From contig JACPEW010000011.1 in the NCBI GenBank assembly GCA_016183305.1, positions 2,020 through 66,019 on the forward strand: a DNA stretch of 64,000 bases. The letters are read 5' to 3'. Source of the stretch: Candidatus Daviesbacteria bacterium (lineage in GTDB: Bacteria; Patescibacteriota; Microgenomatia; Daviesbacterales; UBA10151). How positions within the stretch are numbered: position 1 is the first letter of the stretch; the number at the start of each line of letters is the position of its first letter. A program made the translations under genes and the position numbers. The notes under the pieces were generated by a model that saw nothing but the letters and a program-made list of their open reading frames with translations, made no database searches and was not told where the DNA came from. Below, in pieces: positions 1-10,447 of the stretch.

Positions 1-54
1 GGACCAGCACCCAAGCCAGCAGCTAAACCTGCTACTTCAGCCACAGCCACATGA
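1..54 (+). CDS. 3' end of upstream CDS, possibly ribosomal protein S12 (rpsL) with Ala/Pro/Lys-rich C-terminal tail; partial
   Basis: Frame 1 is open from the window edge to TGA at 52-54 (GPAPKPAAKPATSATAT*). Its position immediately upstream of rpsG matches the conserved rpsL-rpsG-fusA order. Confidence 0.3.
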   Translation, partial: GPAPKPAAKPATSATAT

Positions 55-68
55 TAAGGATTTAAGAT

Positions 69-545
69 ATGAGAAGCAAAAAAGCGCCAAAAAAATTACT
101 TTCTCCAGATCCTGTTTATGGATCAAGACTGGTGACCAGATTTATTAATAAAATTATGGTTGCTGGTAAAAAAAGTACTGCAGAGAGTTTAGTTTATCAA
201 GCTCTGGAGACAATCAAAGAACAATCCAAGCAAGATCCTTTAGAAGTTTTTGAAAGAGCGATGCAAAACGTTGCTCCAAAAATGGAAGTAAGGCCTAGGA
301 GGGTAGGAGGAGCATCATATCAGGTGCCGATTGAGGTTAGAGGTGATAGAAAAGAAGCTTTAGCGATTAGATGGATTCTAGCTGGAGCTAAATCAAAGCC
401 TAATAAAGAGTATCATTCGTTTGGTAAAAAGCTAGCAGCCGAACTTATGGATGCTGCCGATAATACTGGTTTGGCTATTAAGAAAAAAGAAGATATTCAA
501 AGGCAAGCAGCAGCCAACCGCGCATTTTCGCACTTTAGATGGTAA
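69..545 (+). CDS. rpsG: 30S ribosomal protein S7
   Basis: 158 aa with typical S7 N-terminus (PDPVYGSRLVTRFINKIM). AAGGA RBS upstream. Conserved position before fusA. Confidence 0.95.
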   Translation: MRSKKAPKKLLSPDPVYGSRLVTRFINKIMVAGKKSTAESLVYQALETIKEQSKQDPLEVFERAMQNVAPKMEVRPRRVGGASYQVPIEVRGDRKEALAIRWILAGAKSKPNKEYHSFGKKLAAELMDAADNTGLAIKKKEDIQRQAAANRAFSHFRW

Positions 546-570
546 ATTCATAAAGTGCTAATATAACTAT

Positions 571-774
571 ATGACTATAGAAAATAGAGTTTCCAAGCCA
601 CAAACAAGAGATTTAAGAAAACTAATTGATTTTAAGAGGTCTGATGTTCCGGAACAGCTTATAGCTTTGGAGAGGATGGATCCTACCGCGTTAGGTATTT
701 TAACCGGCAGGATAGACCCAGTGCAACTTGTGATTTGTGATCGCTTAGCTATTGTTTCTGGTAATGTGGATTGA
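571..774 (+). CDS. hypothetical small protein (67 aa)
   Basis: ORF only, no recognisable domain. Lies in an unusually long rpsG-fusA spacer and is followed by a rho-independent terminator at 825-855. Confidence 0.2.
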   Translation: MTIENRVSKPQTRDLRKLIDFKRSDVPEQLIALERMDPTALGILTGRIDPVQLVICDRLAIVSGNVD

Positions 775-824
775 CTTAATCTAAGGTTGACTTTTAGGAT
801 CAGAGAAGTTAATATTTACTTGTA

Positions 825-855
825 GCCTCCAGAGTTTGAGGGGGCTTCTTTTTTT
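825..855 (+). terminator. rho-independent terminator
   Basis: GCCTCC...GGGGGC stem (one G-U pair) followed by TTCTTTTTTT. Confidence 0.5.
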
Positions 856-870
856 AGATAGAAAGATCAT

Positions 871-1098
871 ATGGATAAAAACTTAAGACAAGAAAAATTA
901 AAGATGTGGAAAGAAAACCTCAAACAACTTGAGGATCAACTTGTGGCTGTTCAGCACAAAAAAGGTTTAGCTGCTCAAGAAGGAGATTTGTCTGAAAACG
1001 CAGCTTATTCTATGGCAATCGAAGATGCAGAGACTTTTAGGGTGCAAATAGAGCAAGTGAAAAAGATTATTAGAGATTTAGAGAAAGGAGATAAATAA
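871..1098 (+). CDS. GreA/GreB N-terminal coiled-coil domain-only protein (75 aa)
   Basis: Contains the GreA N-domain signature EGDLSENAAY and the flanking heptad-like pattern (LKQLEDQLVAV...VQIEQVKKIIRDLE). The ORF ends at 1098, and no GreA C-terminal FKBP-like domain follows in any frame. Confidence 0.55.
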   Translation: MDKNLRQEKLKMWKENLKQLEDQLVAVQHKKGLAAQEGDLSENAAYSMAIEDAETFRVQIEQVKKIIRDLEKGDK

Positions 1099-1119
1099 TT
1101 TTCAAGTATCAGTTTTCAA

Positions 1120-1216
1120 TTATCAATGAATTTTCAATGTATTAATTTACAATTGAAAATTAGAAAATTAAATTATTGATTGAAAATTGTAAATTGGAAA
1201 TTGATAATTTCTAAAC
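1120..1216. repeat. AT-rich nested palindromes (TTTTCAAT/ATTGAAAA units) directly upstream of fusA start
   Basis: aattttcaat...attgaaaatt (perfect 10-bp inverted repeat), an outer caattatcaat...attgataatt inverted repeat, and repeated attgaaaattg/gtaaattggaaattg units. A 22-nt near-copy occurs inside miaA at 45078-45100. Confidence 0.4.
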
Positions 1217-3355
1217 ATGGCCATTCAGAAAACTAAACGGGATTTCCCACTAGATCGGATACGTAATATCGGTATCATTGCTCATATTGATGCTGGTAAA
1301 ACTACTACTACTGAAAGAATACTCTTCTATACAGGCAGAACCTACAAAATAGGTAATATTGATGAGGGTACTACAGTGACTGACTGGATGGAACAGGAAA
1401 GAGAACGTGGTATTACTATTGTATCTGCTGCTATTACTGCTTTCTGGACAGTTAAAAAGGGTATGTATGAGGGGAATGAAATTAGAATTAATTTAATTGA
1501 TACCCCAGGCCATGTTGATTTTACTGCTGAAGTAGAAAGATCTTTAAGGGTATTAGATGGAGCAGTAATTGTTTTGGATTCTTCTTCTGGTGTGCAATCT
1601 CAAACTGAGACAGTTTGGAGACAGGCTAATAAATACAAAGTGCCTTTGATTGCTTTTTCCAACAAAATGGATGTAGTTGGAGCGGATTTTATAGCTACTA
1701 TTCAGTCTGCCAGGGACCGTTTGGGCGCTAATGCAATAGCTTACAACCTGCCGATTGGCAAAGAAAATGATTTTAAAGGAGCGGTTGATTTATTGACTGA
1801 AAAAGCTTTGATTTGGGAAGGTGATGCAACTGGAGCCAAATTTAACGAAACAGAGATTCCTGCTGATATGGTTGATCAAGTAAAGCAAGCGAGAGAGAAG
1901 TTAGTGGAGGAGATTGCAGGCAGTGATGATGCGTTAATGGAAAAATATTTGGGAGGAGAAGAAATTACCGTTACCCAGTTAAAAGAAGCTTTGAGAAGAG
2001 CTGTGATTGATAATAAAATTGTTCCGGTGATGGCTGGTTCGTCTCTGCGGAATAAAGGTGTTCAGCCAATGCTTGATGCAGTCGTAGAATATCTTCCTTC
2101 TCCGCAAGATATATATACAGTGTCTGGTGTAAACCCAAGATCAAGCGAGACAGAAGAAAGAAAAGGTGACCCCAATGCTCCTTTGGCAGCTTTAGCATTT
2201 AAAATTCAAGTAGATCCTCATGTTGGAAAATTAACTTATATCAGGGTTTATTCGGGAACCTTAAAAAGTGGTTCTTATGTTTATAACTCTACCAAACAAA
2301 TTAAAGAAAGAATTGGCAGGTTGCTTTTAATGCATGCTAATGACAGAGAAGAGATTGAGGAGGCTTTTGCTGGAGAAATTGTGGCAGCTGTTGGGCTTAA
2401 AGATACTATTACTGGAAACACTCTTTGTGATGAAACTGCTCCAATTATTTTAGAATCTATCTCTTTTCCAGATCCAGTTATTTCTTTGGCTATTGAGCCA
2501 AAAACAAAATCAGATCAGGAAAAATTAGGCTATGCCCTACAGAGATTATCCGAGGAAGACCCCACTTTTAGGGTTAAATCAGATGTAGAAACAGCCCAAA
2601 CTATTATTGCTGGGATGGGTGAGCTGCAGCTTGAGATTTTGGTTGACCGGATGAAGAGAGAATTTAAAGTTGAGGCTAATGTTGGCCAACCTCAAGTTGC
2701 CTATAAAGAAACAATTACTAAAATTGCTGAAGGTGAGGGTAAATATATCAGGCAAACCGGTGGCAGGGGTCAGTATGGCCACTGTTTGCTGAGGATCGAG
2801 CCACTTCCCCGGGGAACAGGCAGAGAGTTTATATCAGAAGTGGTTGGTGGTGCTATCCCCAGAGAGTTTATTTCGCCAATAGAAAAAGGTGTTATAGAAA
2901 AAGAAGATACAGGAATTCTGGCTGGATATCCGGTGACTGATATTAAAGTAGCAGTTTATGATGGATCTTTCCATGATGTTGATTCTTCTGAAATAGCTTT
3001 TAAGATTGCTGCTTCTTTAGGTTTGTCTGAAGCTGCTAAAAAAGCAGACATGATTTTACTGGAGCCTATAATGAAGGTAGAAGTCACCACCCCTGATGAG
3101 TTTTTAGGAGAAATTATCGGTGATTTGTCTTCAAAACGGGCTCAAATTTTATCTTCAGAAACAAAGAATAAGGCCAGAGTTATTTTAGCTTTAGTGCCTT
3201 TGGCAGAAATGCACGGTTATGCTACAGCCATAAGAAGTATGTCTCAAGGCAGAGCTACTTACTATATGGAAGCAGACCACTATGAGCCAGTCCCTTCAAA
3301 TATTACTCAAAAGATCATAGAATCCTCAGGCTTTACAGGCAGGGTAGAGCACTAA
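1217..3355 (+). CDS. fusA: elongation factor G
   Basis: 712 aa with GTPase G-motifs ([21 protein letters not shown]) and full EF-G domain order. Confidence 0.97.
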   Translation: MAIQKTKRDFPLDRIRNIGIIAHIDAGKTTTTERILFYTGRTYKIGNIDEGTTVTDWMEQERERGITIVSAAITAFWTVKKGMYEGNEIRINLIDTPGHVDFTAEVERSLRVLDGAVIVLDSSSGVQSQTETVWRQANKYKVPLIAFSNKMDVVGADFIATIQSARDRLGANAIAYNLPIGKENDFKGAVDLLTEKALIWEGDATGAKFNETEIPADMVDQVKQAREKLVEEIAGSDDALMEKYLGGEEITVTQLKEALRRAVIDNKIVPVMAGSSLRNKGVQPMLDAVVEYLPSPQDIYTVSGVNPRSSETEERKGDPNAPLAALAFKIQVDPHVGKLTYIRVYSGTLKSGSYVYNSTKQIKERIGRLLLMHANDREEIEEAFAGEIVAAVGLKDTITGNTLCDETAPIILESISFPDPVISLAIEPKTKSDQEKLGYALQRLSEEDPTFRVKSDVETAQTIIAGMGELQLEILVDRMKREFKVEANVGQPQVAYKETITKIAEGEGKYIRQTGGRGQYGHCLLRIEPLPRGTGREFISEVVGGAIPREFISPIEKGVIEKEDTGILAGYPVTDIKVAVYDGSFHDVDSSEIAFKIAASLGLSEAAKKADMILLEPIMKVEVTTPDEFLGEIIGDLSSKRAQILSSETKNKARVILALVPLAEMHGYATAIRSMSQGRATYYMEADHYEPVPSNITQKIIESSGFTGRVEH

Positions 3356-4049
3356 TAATTTAGTTGTTGTCTTTCTTTATAAAAGTAGTATATTAAAAGT
3401 ATGAGTGTAGGTTTATCATCTCCTGATGTGTCTGCCGGAATGGATATACCTCCTGGTGCTGAACGGGCATACGCAATTGATTACAGGCGTGCGTTGTAGA
3501 AGTAGTTTTAGATGCAGGACTTGTTAGGCCGGCATCAAGAGAAATTAAATGAGGATTTACTTACGATGGTAAAGGACGCACATATCCGGATTTTGTTGTA
3601 CCTGAAGCAGTAAGCAGGGCTTTAGCTGAAAACCCAGTTTATCGGGAGATTTATTAGGGGGGAGGAATCATCAAATACATTATTTTCCATTGGCCAGGCA
3701 GGGTGAACAGCGTAGCTATGTTTTTAGAGAAGAGGGTCAACCAAGTTTGTGGGATACTGACGTTGAACGGGACTGTTTTCGTAAAATGGAACCTGGGATT
3801 AAAAGTTCATTGAATCGCTTAAAGCGGTTCCCCGATACCTTTAGACCCTCTGTGGGAGAAAGATTAAGAAGTAGTTTCTTTAAAATAACCGGGTCCGCAT
3901 TTTAACTATTGCATTTTGTAAGGATTTTAGGTATATTATTAACTGTTCCAGCTTAAGAGCTGGATTTTCTTGCCCTAAATGGATTATTGCATTAGTTGAT
4001 TATTTGTTTTAAACTATTAACTAAGAACTATTAACTAAAAATTAAACTT

Positions 4050-5234
4050 ATGGCTGACCAGAAAAAATTTGATAGATCAAAACCACACGTTAATGTTGGA
4101 ACCATGGGTCATGTTGACCATGGCAAGACTACCTTAACTGCTGCAATTACTAATGTACTGGCTGCAAAAGGTATGGCAGAAAAAAGGTCTGTTGACCAAA
4201 TTGATAACGCCCCAGAAGAAAAAGCCCGCGGTATTACTATTAATATTTCCCATCAAGAATATGAAACTGAAAAAAGACACTATGCTCATATTGATATGCC
4301 AGGTCATGCAGATTACATCAAAAACATGATTACTGGTGCTGCTCAAACCGATGGAGCAATTTTGGTAGTGTCTGCTCCAGATGGCCCAATGCCTCAAACC
4401 AGAGAACATTTGCTTCTAGCCAGACAAGTAGGAGTTCCAGCTATTGTAGTGTTTTTGAATAAAGTAGATATGGTAGATGATGCAGAACTTTTAGACTTGG
4501 TTGAAGAAGAAGTAAGGGATTTACTGAAAAAATATGAATATGATCCAAATTCCCCTATTATTAGAGGTTCAGCTAAAAAAGCTTTAGAAGGTGATCCAGA
4601 AGCAGTTAAAGCTGTTGAGGAGTTAATGAATAAAGTAGACGAGTGGATTCCTACTCCAGTGAGAGATACTGACAAACCATTTTTAATGGCAATTGAAGAT
4701 GTTTTCTCTATCAAAGGTAGAGGCACTGTGGTTACTGGAAGAATTGAAAGAGGTGGGGTTAAGGTTAATGAAGAAATTGAGATTGTTGGTATTAGACCAA
4801 CTAAAAAGAGTGTTGTAACAGGTATTGAAATGTTCCACAAGATGCTTGATGAAGGTCAAGCTGGAGATAATGCTGGAATATTGCTTCGGGGTGTTGAGAA
4901 AGATGATGTAGAAAGAGGCCAAGTTTTAGCCAAACCAGGTTCAATTACTCCTCATTCTGAGTTTGAAGCTGAAGTTTATATCTTAAGCAAAGAAGAAGGC
5001 GGAAGACATACACCATTTTTTAAAGGCTATAGACCACAGTTTTATGTCAGAACCACAGATGTGACTGGTGAGATTCAACTTCCAGAAGGAGTTGAAATGG
5101 CTATGCCTGGAGACACAGTTAAAGTTACAGGTAAGCTTATCACTCCAGTTGCTATGGAAGAAGGTTTAAGGTTTGCTGTTAGAGAAGGTGGAAAAACAGT
5201 TGGAGCCGGAGTTATTACTAAAATTATTGCTTAA
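4050..5234 (+). CDS. tuf: elongation factor Tu
   Basis: 394 aa with [22 protein letters not shown] motifs. Confidence 0.97.
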   Translation: MADQKKFDRSKPHVNVGTMGHVDHGKTTLTAAITNVLAAKGMAEKRSVDQIDNAPEEKARGITINISHQEYETEKRHYAHIDMPGHADYIKNMITGAAQTDGAILVVSAPDGPMPQTREHLLLARQVGVPAIVVFLNKVDMVDDAELLDLVEEEVRDLLKKYEYDPNSPIIRGSAKKALEGDPEAVKAVEELMNKVDEWIPTPVRDTDKPFLMAIEDVFSIKGRGTVVTGRIERGGVKVNEEIEIVGIRPTKKSVVTGIEMFHKMLDEGQAGDNAGILLRGVEKDDVERGQVLAKPGSITPHSEFEAEVYILSKEEGGRHTPFFKGYRPQFYVRTTDVTGEIQLPEGVEMAMPGDTVKVTGKLITPVAMEEGLRFAVREGGKTVGAGVITKIIA

Positions 5235-5297
5235 GATATTTCTGGTGATCAAAATGGGGTAAAAGCCCTCGCACATTAACAGTAGGAAGTAAAAAAT

Positions 5298-5606
5298 ATG
5301 CCAAGAGGACGTATCCGCGTAAAATTAAAAAGTTATGATCATAGAGTGTTAGATAATACTTGTGAGTCCCTATTGGATACAGCCCTCCGGACTGGAGCAA
5401 AAATTGTTGGTCCAATCCCTCTTCCTACTAAAATTGAAAGAATTACAGTTTTAACTTCCCCTCATACTGATAAAAACTCTAGAGAAGCTTTTGAATTAAA
5501 AACCCATAAAAGAATGGTTGATATTGTTGAGCCTACTCAAAAAACCATAGATTCCCTAATGCATCTAGAAATCCCAGCAGGCGTGGATATTGAAGTAAAA
5601 ATGTGA
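5298..5606 (+). CDS. rpsJ: 30S ribosomal protein S10
   Basis: 102 aa with typical S10 sequence (RIRVKLKSYDHRVLD). Ends in tandem stops TGA-TAA. Confidence 0.95.
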   Translation: MPRGRIRVKLKSYDHRVLDNTCESLLDTALRTGAKIVGPIPLPTKIERITVLTSPHTDKNSREAFELKTHKRMVDIVEPTQKTIDSLMHLEIPAGVDIEVKM

Positions 5607-5862
5607 TAAAAAGTAAGAGTAGATGACTAAAGTAATAGAGATAGGATAAATTCCTCCTTCTTATTTGTTTCATCTTAGTTCTTTTATGAGTTGGGTTAAT
5701 TAAATGATTCTATCCTGAACGGGTTATTAAGATTTTTTCTCCAAATGCGGGAGTGATATTTTCATTACCCCTCCACTTCCTAAAATAGAAATTAAAGGCT
5801 TTTTGTTTTGCCTTATCAAACTGACTTTTCTTTCTTTGTTTAGTTATGTAAATTTATTGTAG

Positions 5863-5881
5863 CACTCTATAGCACGCCGGC
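5863..5881 (+). terminator. GC hairpin with T-run (possibly bidirectional terminator)
   Basis: gcacgccggcgtgc palindrome followed by ttttt. Lies just downstream of the minus-strand Pur-alpha-like gene stop (5896). Confidence 0.4.
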
Positions 5882-5895
5882 GTGCTTTTTCCTTT

Positions 5896-6132
5896 TTACT
5901 GTGCAGCTACAAATTCTGCCATCTCTTTTAAATTATTCTGAAAGTTTTTCACATCTTCAGAAAATAGCAAAAAAGAATTTCTTTTTCTGTTTTGGCCTTC
6001 TCCCAAAAACTGAGATTCAGTAATTTTTAAATACTTATTGTTGTTGGAAGCGATATTAACATCAAAGAAGTAAGTTCTTTTGCCACACTTTAAAACAGCG
6101 GATTTGACTGGTTGCTTAATACTCTTTTCCAT
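5896..6132 (-). CDS. PUR-alpha-like DUF3276 family protein
   Basis: The core GKRTYFFDV...YLKITES...SFLLFSEDVKNF matches my recollection of the DUF3276/Pur-alpha repeat family. Start taken at internal Met (MEKSIKQ...) preceded by AAGGGGGTGA SD; the longer ORF 5896..6204 in the track has no SD. Confidence 0.55.
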   Translation of the reverse strand: MEKSIKQPVKSAVLKCGKRTYFFDVNIASNNNKYLKITESQFLGEGQNRKRNSFLLFSEDVKNFQNNLKEMAEFVAAQ

Positions 6133-6353
6133 GTCTTTTTGTTCACCCCCTTTCCAGTTACTCGCACCTACTTTGTTTATACCCCAACAAAAACCGAATG
6201 TCAATACCCCCTTTTTACTATAGTTGCATTTGAGCTTGAACTTGTGTTAAAATTCAATTTAACTGATGATTTTGTTATCAGGTTAAATTAAAATTAATTA
6301 AATTTCAGTAGATCGCGCGTCTAAAAGCGATACGGCGGTTGAAGCGAGATACT

Positions 6354-6393
6354 GAGTGAGATCCTGAGATTGTTGAAGGACTCACTCTTTTTT
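6354..6393 (+). terminator. terminator/attenuator hairpin in leader upstream of rplC
   Basis: GAGTGAG...CTCACTC 7-bp stem followed by TTTTTTG, 18 nt before the rplC start. Possible r-protein-mediated attenuation site. Confidence 0.45.
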
Positions 6394-6410
6394 GTGTTTG
6401 AATAAAGGTT

Positions 6411-7211
6411 ATGATCAATACATTATTTGGTATTAAAAAAGATATGACTGCTACCTATGACTCCCGCGGAAGAAGGGTAGGGGCTACTATGGTGGAAATT
6501 GTTCCTAATTTTGTAACTCAAGTAAAAACTAGTGAAGGCAAGGATGGATATAATGCAGTTCAGCTTGGAATTGGCAGTAAAAAAAGTGTTAAAAAACCCC
6601 AACTTGGGCATAGCAAAAAAGCTGGTATTGAGCAACCGCTTAGATGGATGAGAGAAGCCGCAACTGAGGAAAATACACAAGCAGAAAACTTAAAACCTGG
6701 AACAGCAATTAAACTGGATCAGGTTTTTTCAATAGGTGATTCTATTAAAGTTAGTGGCACTTCTAAGGGTAAGGGTTTTCAGGGTGGAGTTAGGCGCCAT
6801 GGTTTCCATGGGGGACCAAAAACTCATGGTCAATCAGATAGGTTAAGAGCTCCTGGTGCAATTGGTTCTGGTACCACCCCGGGTAGAGTCTATAAAGGTA
6901 AAAGAATGGCAGGGCATATGGGTAATTCAGGAGTTAGCGTAAAGAATTTAGAGGTTGTAGGTATAGATAAACAAAAGAATTTATTATTAGTAAAAGGCAG
7001 TGTGCCAGGTGCAGCAGGCAGTTTAGTGATGGTAACTAAATTAGGCAGAGTTAAGGGCTATACCCCACCTCCCGAAGAAAAGCCATCAGAAGAAGAACAA
7101 GCAGAAGCGCAGGAAGCAGAAGCCAAACAAGAACAGGCAGCTGAAGAAGTCCCTCAGTCAGAAGCTGGTCAGTCTGTAGCTGAAAAAGAAGGAGAGCAAA
7201 ATGCCAGTTAA
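6411..7211 (+). CDS. rplC: 50S ribosomal protein L3 with ~50-aa acidic Glu/Ala/Gln-rich C-terminal extension
   Basis: L3 core; tail EEKPSEEEQAEAQEAEAKQEQAAEEVPQSE... is not part of canonical L3. Confidence 0.95.
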   Translation: MINTLFGIKKDMTATYDSRGRRVGATMVEIVPNFVTQVKTSEGKDGYNAVQLGIGSKKSVKKPQLGHSKKAGIEQPLRWMREAATEENTQAENLKPGTAIKLDQVFSIGDSIKVSGTSKGKGFQGGVRRHGFHGGPKTHGQSDRLRAPGAIGSGTTPGRVYKGKRMAGHMGNSGVSVKNLEVVGIDKQKNLLLVKGSVPGAAGSLVMVTKLGRVKGYTPPPEEKPSEEEQAEAQEAEAKQEQAAEEVPQSEAGQSVAEKEGEQNAS

Positions 7212-7917
7212 GAAAACAACAACTAAAAAGTCTACAGCTAACCGTCTACCGTCTACCGCGAAAAAAGCAGTAGTCAGTAGTCAGAAGCCGGTAAGCTTGT
7301 CTATTCCTGTTTATTCTATGGTTGGCGCAGAATCTGGTAGCTTAACTTTACCTAAGGAGATTTTTGCTGTTAAGGTTAATAAGCAGCTTTTGGCGCAAGC
7401 TATGAGAATATATATGACCAATCAAAAAAATTTGAATGCTTTTACCAAAACTAGGGGTGAAGTAGAAGAAAAAGGTACAGGCAGGGCAAGACACGGAGCG
7501 GTTAGGGCTCCTATTTTTGTCGGAGGAGGAATAATCTTTGGTCCAAAGCCTCGTAAAGTTAGGTTGGAGTTGCCACAAGCAATGAAGAAGGCAGCCCTTT
7601 TCTCCGCTTTAGCATCAAAACTTGCAGACAAAAATGTAGTTGGAGTAACAGGAATTGAGAAAGCATTAGGCAAGACTAAAGAAGTAGTGCAATTATTAAG
7701 CAAAATTATTGGAAAAGATCAAAAAATAAAAAGCGCCTTAATTATGATTGAAGGAAAAAGTGATAATGTAGTCAGAGCAGCTAAGAATATCCAAGGGGTT
7801 GACGTGATACAAACGAATCTTCTTAACGCCTATGAGGTTTTAAGGCACGAAATGCTGATTTTGACAAAAGAGGCAGTGGAAAAATTAACCAAACCAAACC
7901 AAGAGGAGAAAAAATGA
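7201..7917 (+). CDS. rplD: 50S ribosomal protein L4 (N-terminal ~35-aa basic extension)
   Basis: 238 aa; gene order and L4 core. Confidence 0.93.
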   Translation: MPVKKTTTKKSTANRLPSTAKKAVVSSQKPVSLSIPVYSMVGAESGSLTLPKEIFAVKVNKQLLAQAMRIYMTNQKNLNAFTKTRGEVEEKGTGRARHGAVRAPIFVGGGIIFGPKPRKVRLELPQAMKKAALFSALASKLADKNVVGVTGIEKALGKTKEVVQLLSKIIGKDQKIKSALIMIEGKSDNVVRAAKNIQGVDVIQTNLLNAYEVLRHEMLILTKEAVEKLTKPNQEEKK

Positions 7918-8345
7918 TAGTTTTGAAAAAACCAATTATTACTGAAAAGTCTATGAAGCTTGCTCAAAACGGTTTATATACTTTTGAGGTTGCTAAAGAA
8001 GCTACAAAACCAATGATAGCAAAAATGGTGGCTGGGAAATTTAATGTTAAAGTATTAGGAGTTAAAGTAATAAATGTTAAAGGACAAAGCAAGTCACAAA
8101 GAAAGGTGCGGAAATTATATAGGACTACTGGGTTTAAAAAGGCCTTAGTTCAAGTTGGTAAAGGAGAAAAAATTGCTATTTTTGAGACTCCAAAAGAAGA
8201 AGAGGTAACAGTAACAACTGCAGAAGGCGAACCAATCAAATTAAGGGAGAAAAAAGATATCCTGGGTAGGACTAGAGTAAAAGTTGAAAAAGGAGCAGTT
8301 GGGGCAGCTCCCACAACCCAAAGAAAGGTAATAACAGGGAAATAA
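7914..8345 (+). CDS. rplW: 50S ribosomal protein L23 (extended C-terminus)
   Basis: 143 aa; the start overlaps the rplD stop (ATGA). L23 core at N-terminus. Confidence 0.92.
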   Translation: MIVLKKPIITEKSMKLAQNGLYTFEVAKEATKPMIAKMVAGKFNVKVLGVKVINVKGQSKSQRKVRKLYRTTGFKKALVQVGKGEKIAIFETPKEEEVTVTTAEGEPIKLREKKDILGRTRVKVEKGAVGAAPTTQRKVITGK

Positions 8346-9085
8346 TGAAAAATTTAAAAACATTATTAAAAAAGCATTCCGGTAGATCGTCCGGGGGTAT
8401 GGTTACTGTCCGGAGCCAGGGGGGAAGACACAAGAGATACTACAGGGAGATTGATTTTAAAAGGGATAAATTTGGAGTGTCAGGTGAGGTTGTAAGTTTG
8501 GAATATGATCCAAATAGAAATGTGGAAATTGCTTTAGTCAAATATTCAGACGGAGACCGTAGATATATTTTGGTTGCAAAAGGAATAAACATTGGAGATA
8601 AGGTAATATCAGGGGAAAAAGTAGAAAATAAAACAGGTAACACTATGAAACTTAAAAATATTACTGTCGGAGCTTTAGTTCATAATGTTGAATTAGTACC
8701 TGGTAAGGGCGGACAATTGGGAAGAAGCGCAGGGGTGGCTTTGCAGCTTCTAGCAAAAGAAGGTAATTTTGCTCATTTGAAATTACCTTCAGGAGAGATT
8801 AGAATGGTTCCTCTGCAGTCATTGGCCACAATCGGGGTTTTGGGTAATGAGGATATCAGGCAAAGAGTTTTAGGTAAAGCTGGTACATCACGTCATATGG
8901 GTATCAAGCCAAATGTCCGGGGTGTGGCGCAAGACCCAGACTCCCATCCTCATGGAGGAGGAGAAGGCAGGTCTGGTATAGGACGCAAAAGCCCGATGAC
9001 CAAATATGGCAAAAAAGCTGTTGGTAAAACCAGGAATAAAAGAAAACAGACAAGTAGATATATCATTAAGAGGAGGAAACCATAA
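8345..9085 (+). CDS. rplB: 50S ribosomal protein L2
   Basis: 246 aa with conserved GRNxxG/HPHGGGEG motif region. Confidence 0.95.
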   Translation: MKNLKTLLKKHSGRSSGGMVTVRSQGGRHKRYYREIDFKRDKFGVSGEVVSLEYDPNRNVEIALVKYSDGDRRYILVAKGINIGDKVISGEKVENKTGNTMKLKNITVGALVHNVELVPGKGGQLGRSAGVALQLLAKEGNFAHLKLPSGEIRMVPLQSLATIGVLGNEDIRQRVLGKAGTSRHMGIKPNVRGVAQDPDSHPHGGGEGRSGIGRKSPMTKYGKKAVGKTRNKRKQTSRYIIKRRKP

Positions 9086-9094
9086 AGGGTAAAC

Positions 9095-9337
9095 ATGAGT
9101 AGATCAACAAGAAAAGGACCATACATTGATGAGAAGTTAATGAAAAAGGTGCAGGCTCAAAAAGCTGGAGGGTCTAAAAACCCCATTAAAACCTGGGCAA
9201 GGAATTCACAAATTCCACCAGAATTTGTTGGGCATACATTTTTGGTTCATCAAGGGAAGAATTTCGTGACAGTATTTACAACTGAATCAATGGTAGGACA
9301 TAGATTAGGAGAGTATTTAGAGGTCATGGAAAGGTAA
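9095..9337 (+). CDS. rpsS: 30S ribosomal protein S19
   Basis: 80 aa with typical S19 sequence. Confidence 0.95.
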   Translation: MSRSTRKGPYIDEKLMKKVQAQKAGGSKNPIKTWARNSQIPPEFVGHTFLVHQGKNFVTVFTTESMVGHRLGEYLEVMER

Positions 9338-9380
9338 CTGAAAAGAGTACAGCTAAGACTTAAAAGTCCAAAACAAAAAT

Positions 9381-9806
9381 ATGGAGATAACAACGATACA
9401 AAAATATGTGCATACTAGCCCCCGGAAATTGAGGCTAGTTTCTGATATGGTAAGAAAAATGGCTCCACAAAAATCTTTGGATGTCTTAAGACTTACTCCT
9501 AAAATGGCAGCCAAAGATCTAGTAAAGGCTTTAGAAACAGTATTGGCAAACGCTAAACAAAAAGATTTAAATCCCCAAAATCTTAGATTTAGCAAAATTG
9601 AAATAAACGAAAGCGCAAAAATGCGTCGTTTCCGGGCAGGCACCAGAGGCAGGGTCAGACCGTTTAAAAGAAGAATGAGCCATATAAAGATAGTGCTGAC
9701 AGATGATTTAAAGAGTCATAAAGAGTCAAAAGTAAAAACATCTGACTCTAAGTTGCCAAAGACAACTGATCATTCTGTGACTCTGAAGAAAGGGGAGACT
9801 AAGTAA
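9381..9806 (+). CDS. rplV: 50S ribosomal protein L22 (C-terminal extension)
   Basis: 141 aa; gene order and L22 core. Confidence 0.92.
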   Translation: MEITTIQKYVHTSPRKLRLVSDMVRKMAPQKSLDVLRLTPKMAAKDLVKALETVLANAKQKDLNPQNLRFSKIEINESAKMRRFRAGTRGRVRPFKRRMSHIKIVLTDDLKSHKESKVKTSDSKLPKTTDHSVTLKKGETK

Positions 9807-10447
9807 TGGGGCAGAAGATTCACCCAATTGGCTTTAGAATGGGGATTGGAGCAGCCTGGAAGTCACGTTGGTTTGCTACTGGCTTGAAATACCGCCAGTA
9901 TGTTTCAGAAGACTTAATAATCCGTGAGTTGCTGATGAAAAAGCTTAGAGCTGCAGGAATTGGTTCTGTAGAAATTGAAAGAGCTGTTAATAAGCTAAAA
10001 GTAATTATCTATGTTTCCCGGCCAGGAGTTTTGATTGGACGGGGCGGAAGCGGATTAACCGGGATCAAAAAATTTGTGATGAATGAGATGAAAATTAAAA
10101 ATGATAATAGTTTAGAAATCGTACCAAGAGAATTAAAATCAGCTGATTTATCAGCATACCTGGTTGCTCAATCAGTTGCTGAGCAATTGGCCCGGAGATT
10201 GCCTGCGCAAAGAGTGATGAGTCAGGCAATAGAAAGAGCAATGAGAAGCGGAGCAAAAGGAGTAAGGGTAGTGCTTTCCGGAAGAATTGGGGGAGCAGAA
10301 ATTGCCAGACGCGAATGGAAAAGCCAAGGAACAATGCCTTTACATACTTTAAGAGCTGATATAGACTTTGCAGCTTATCCTGCTTTAACAAAATCAGGAT
10401 ATGTGGGAGTCAAAGTTTGGATTAATAAAGGAGAAGTGGAAATATAA
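9806..10447 (+). CDS. rpsC: 30S ribosomal protein S3
   Basis: 213 aa with KH domain region and S3 C-domain. Confidence 0.95.
   Translation: MGQKIHPIGFRMGIGAAWKSRWFATGLKYRQYVSEDLIIRELLMKKLRAAGIGSVEIERAVNKLKVIIYVSRPGVLIGRGGSGLTGIKKFVMNEMKIKNDNSLEIVPRELKSADLSAYLVAQSVAEQLARRLPAQRVMSQAIERAMRSGAKGVRVVLSGRIGGAEIARREWKSQGTMPLHTLRADIDFAAYPALTKSGYVGVKVWINKGEVEI

Noticed and set aside
3690-3905. 71-aa ORF in the fusA-tuf spacer
   Set aside because: It starts at TTG with no SD. It is one of several frame-shifted fragments and was treated as part of a decayed region rather than a gene.
1971-4922. Antisense ORFs inside fusA and tuf (1971-2198, 2579-2782, 4134-4409, 4394-4840, 4683-4922)
   Set aside because: They are embedded antisense in highly conserved genes. 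They are low-complexity (Ser/Thr/Leu-rich) frames with no signals.
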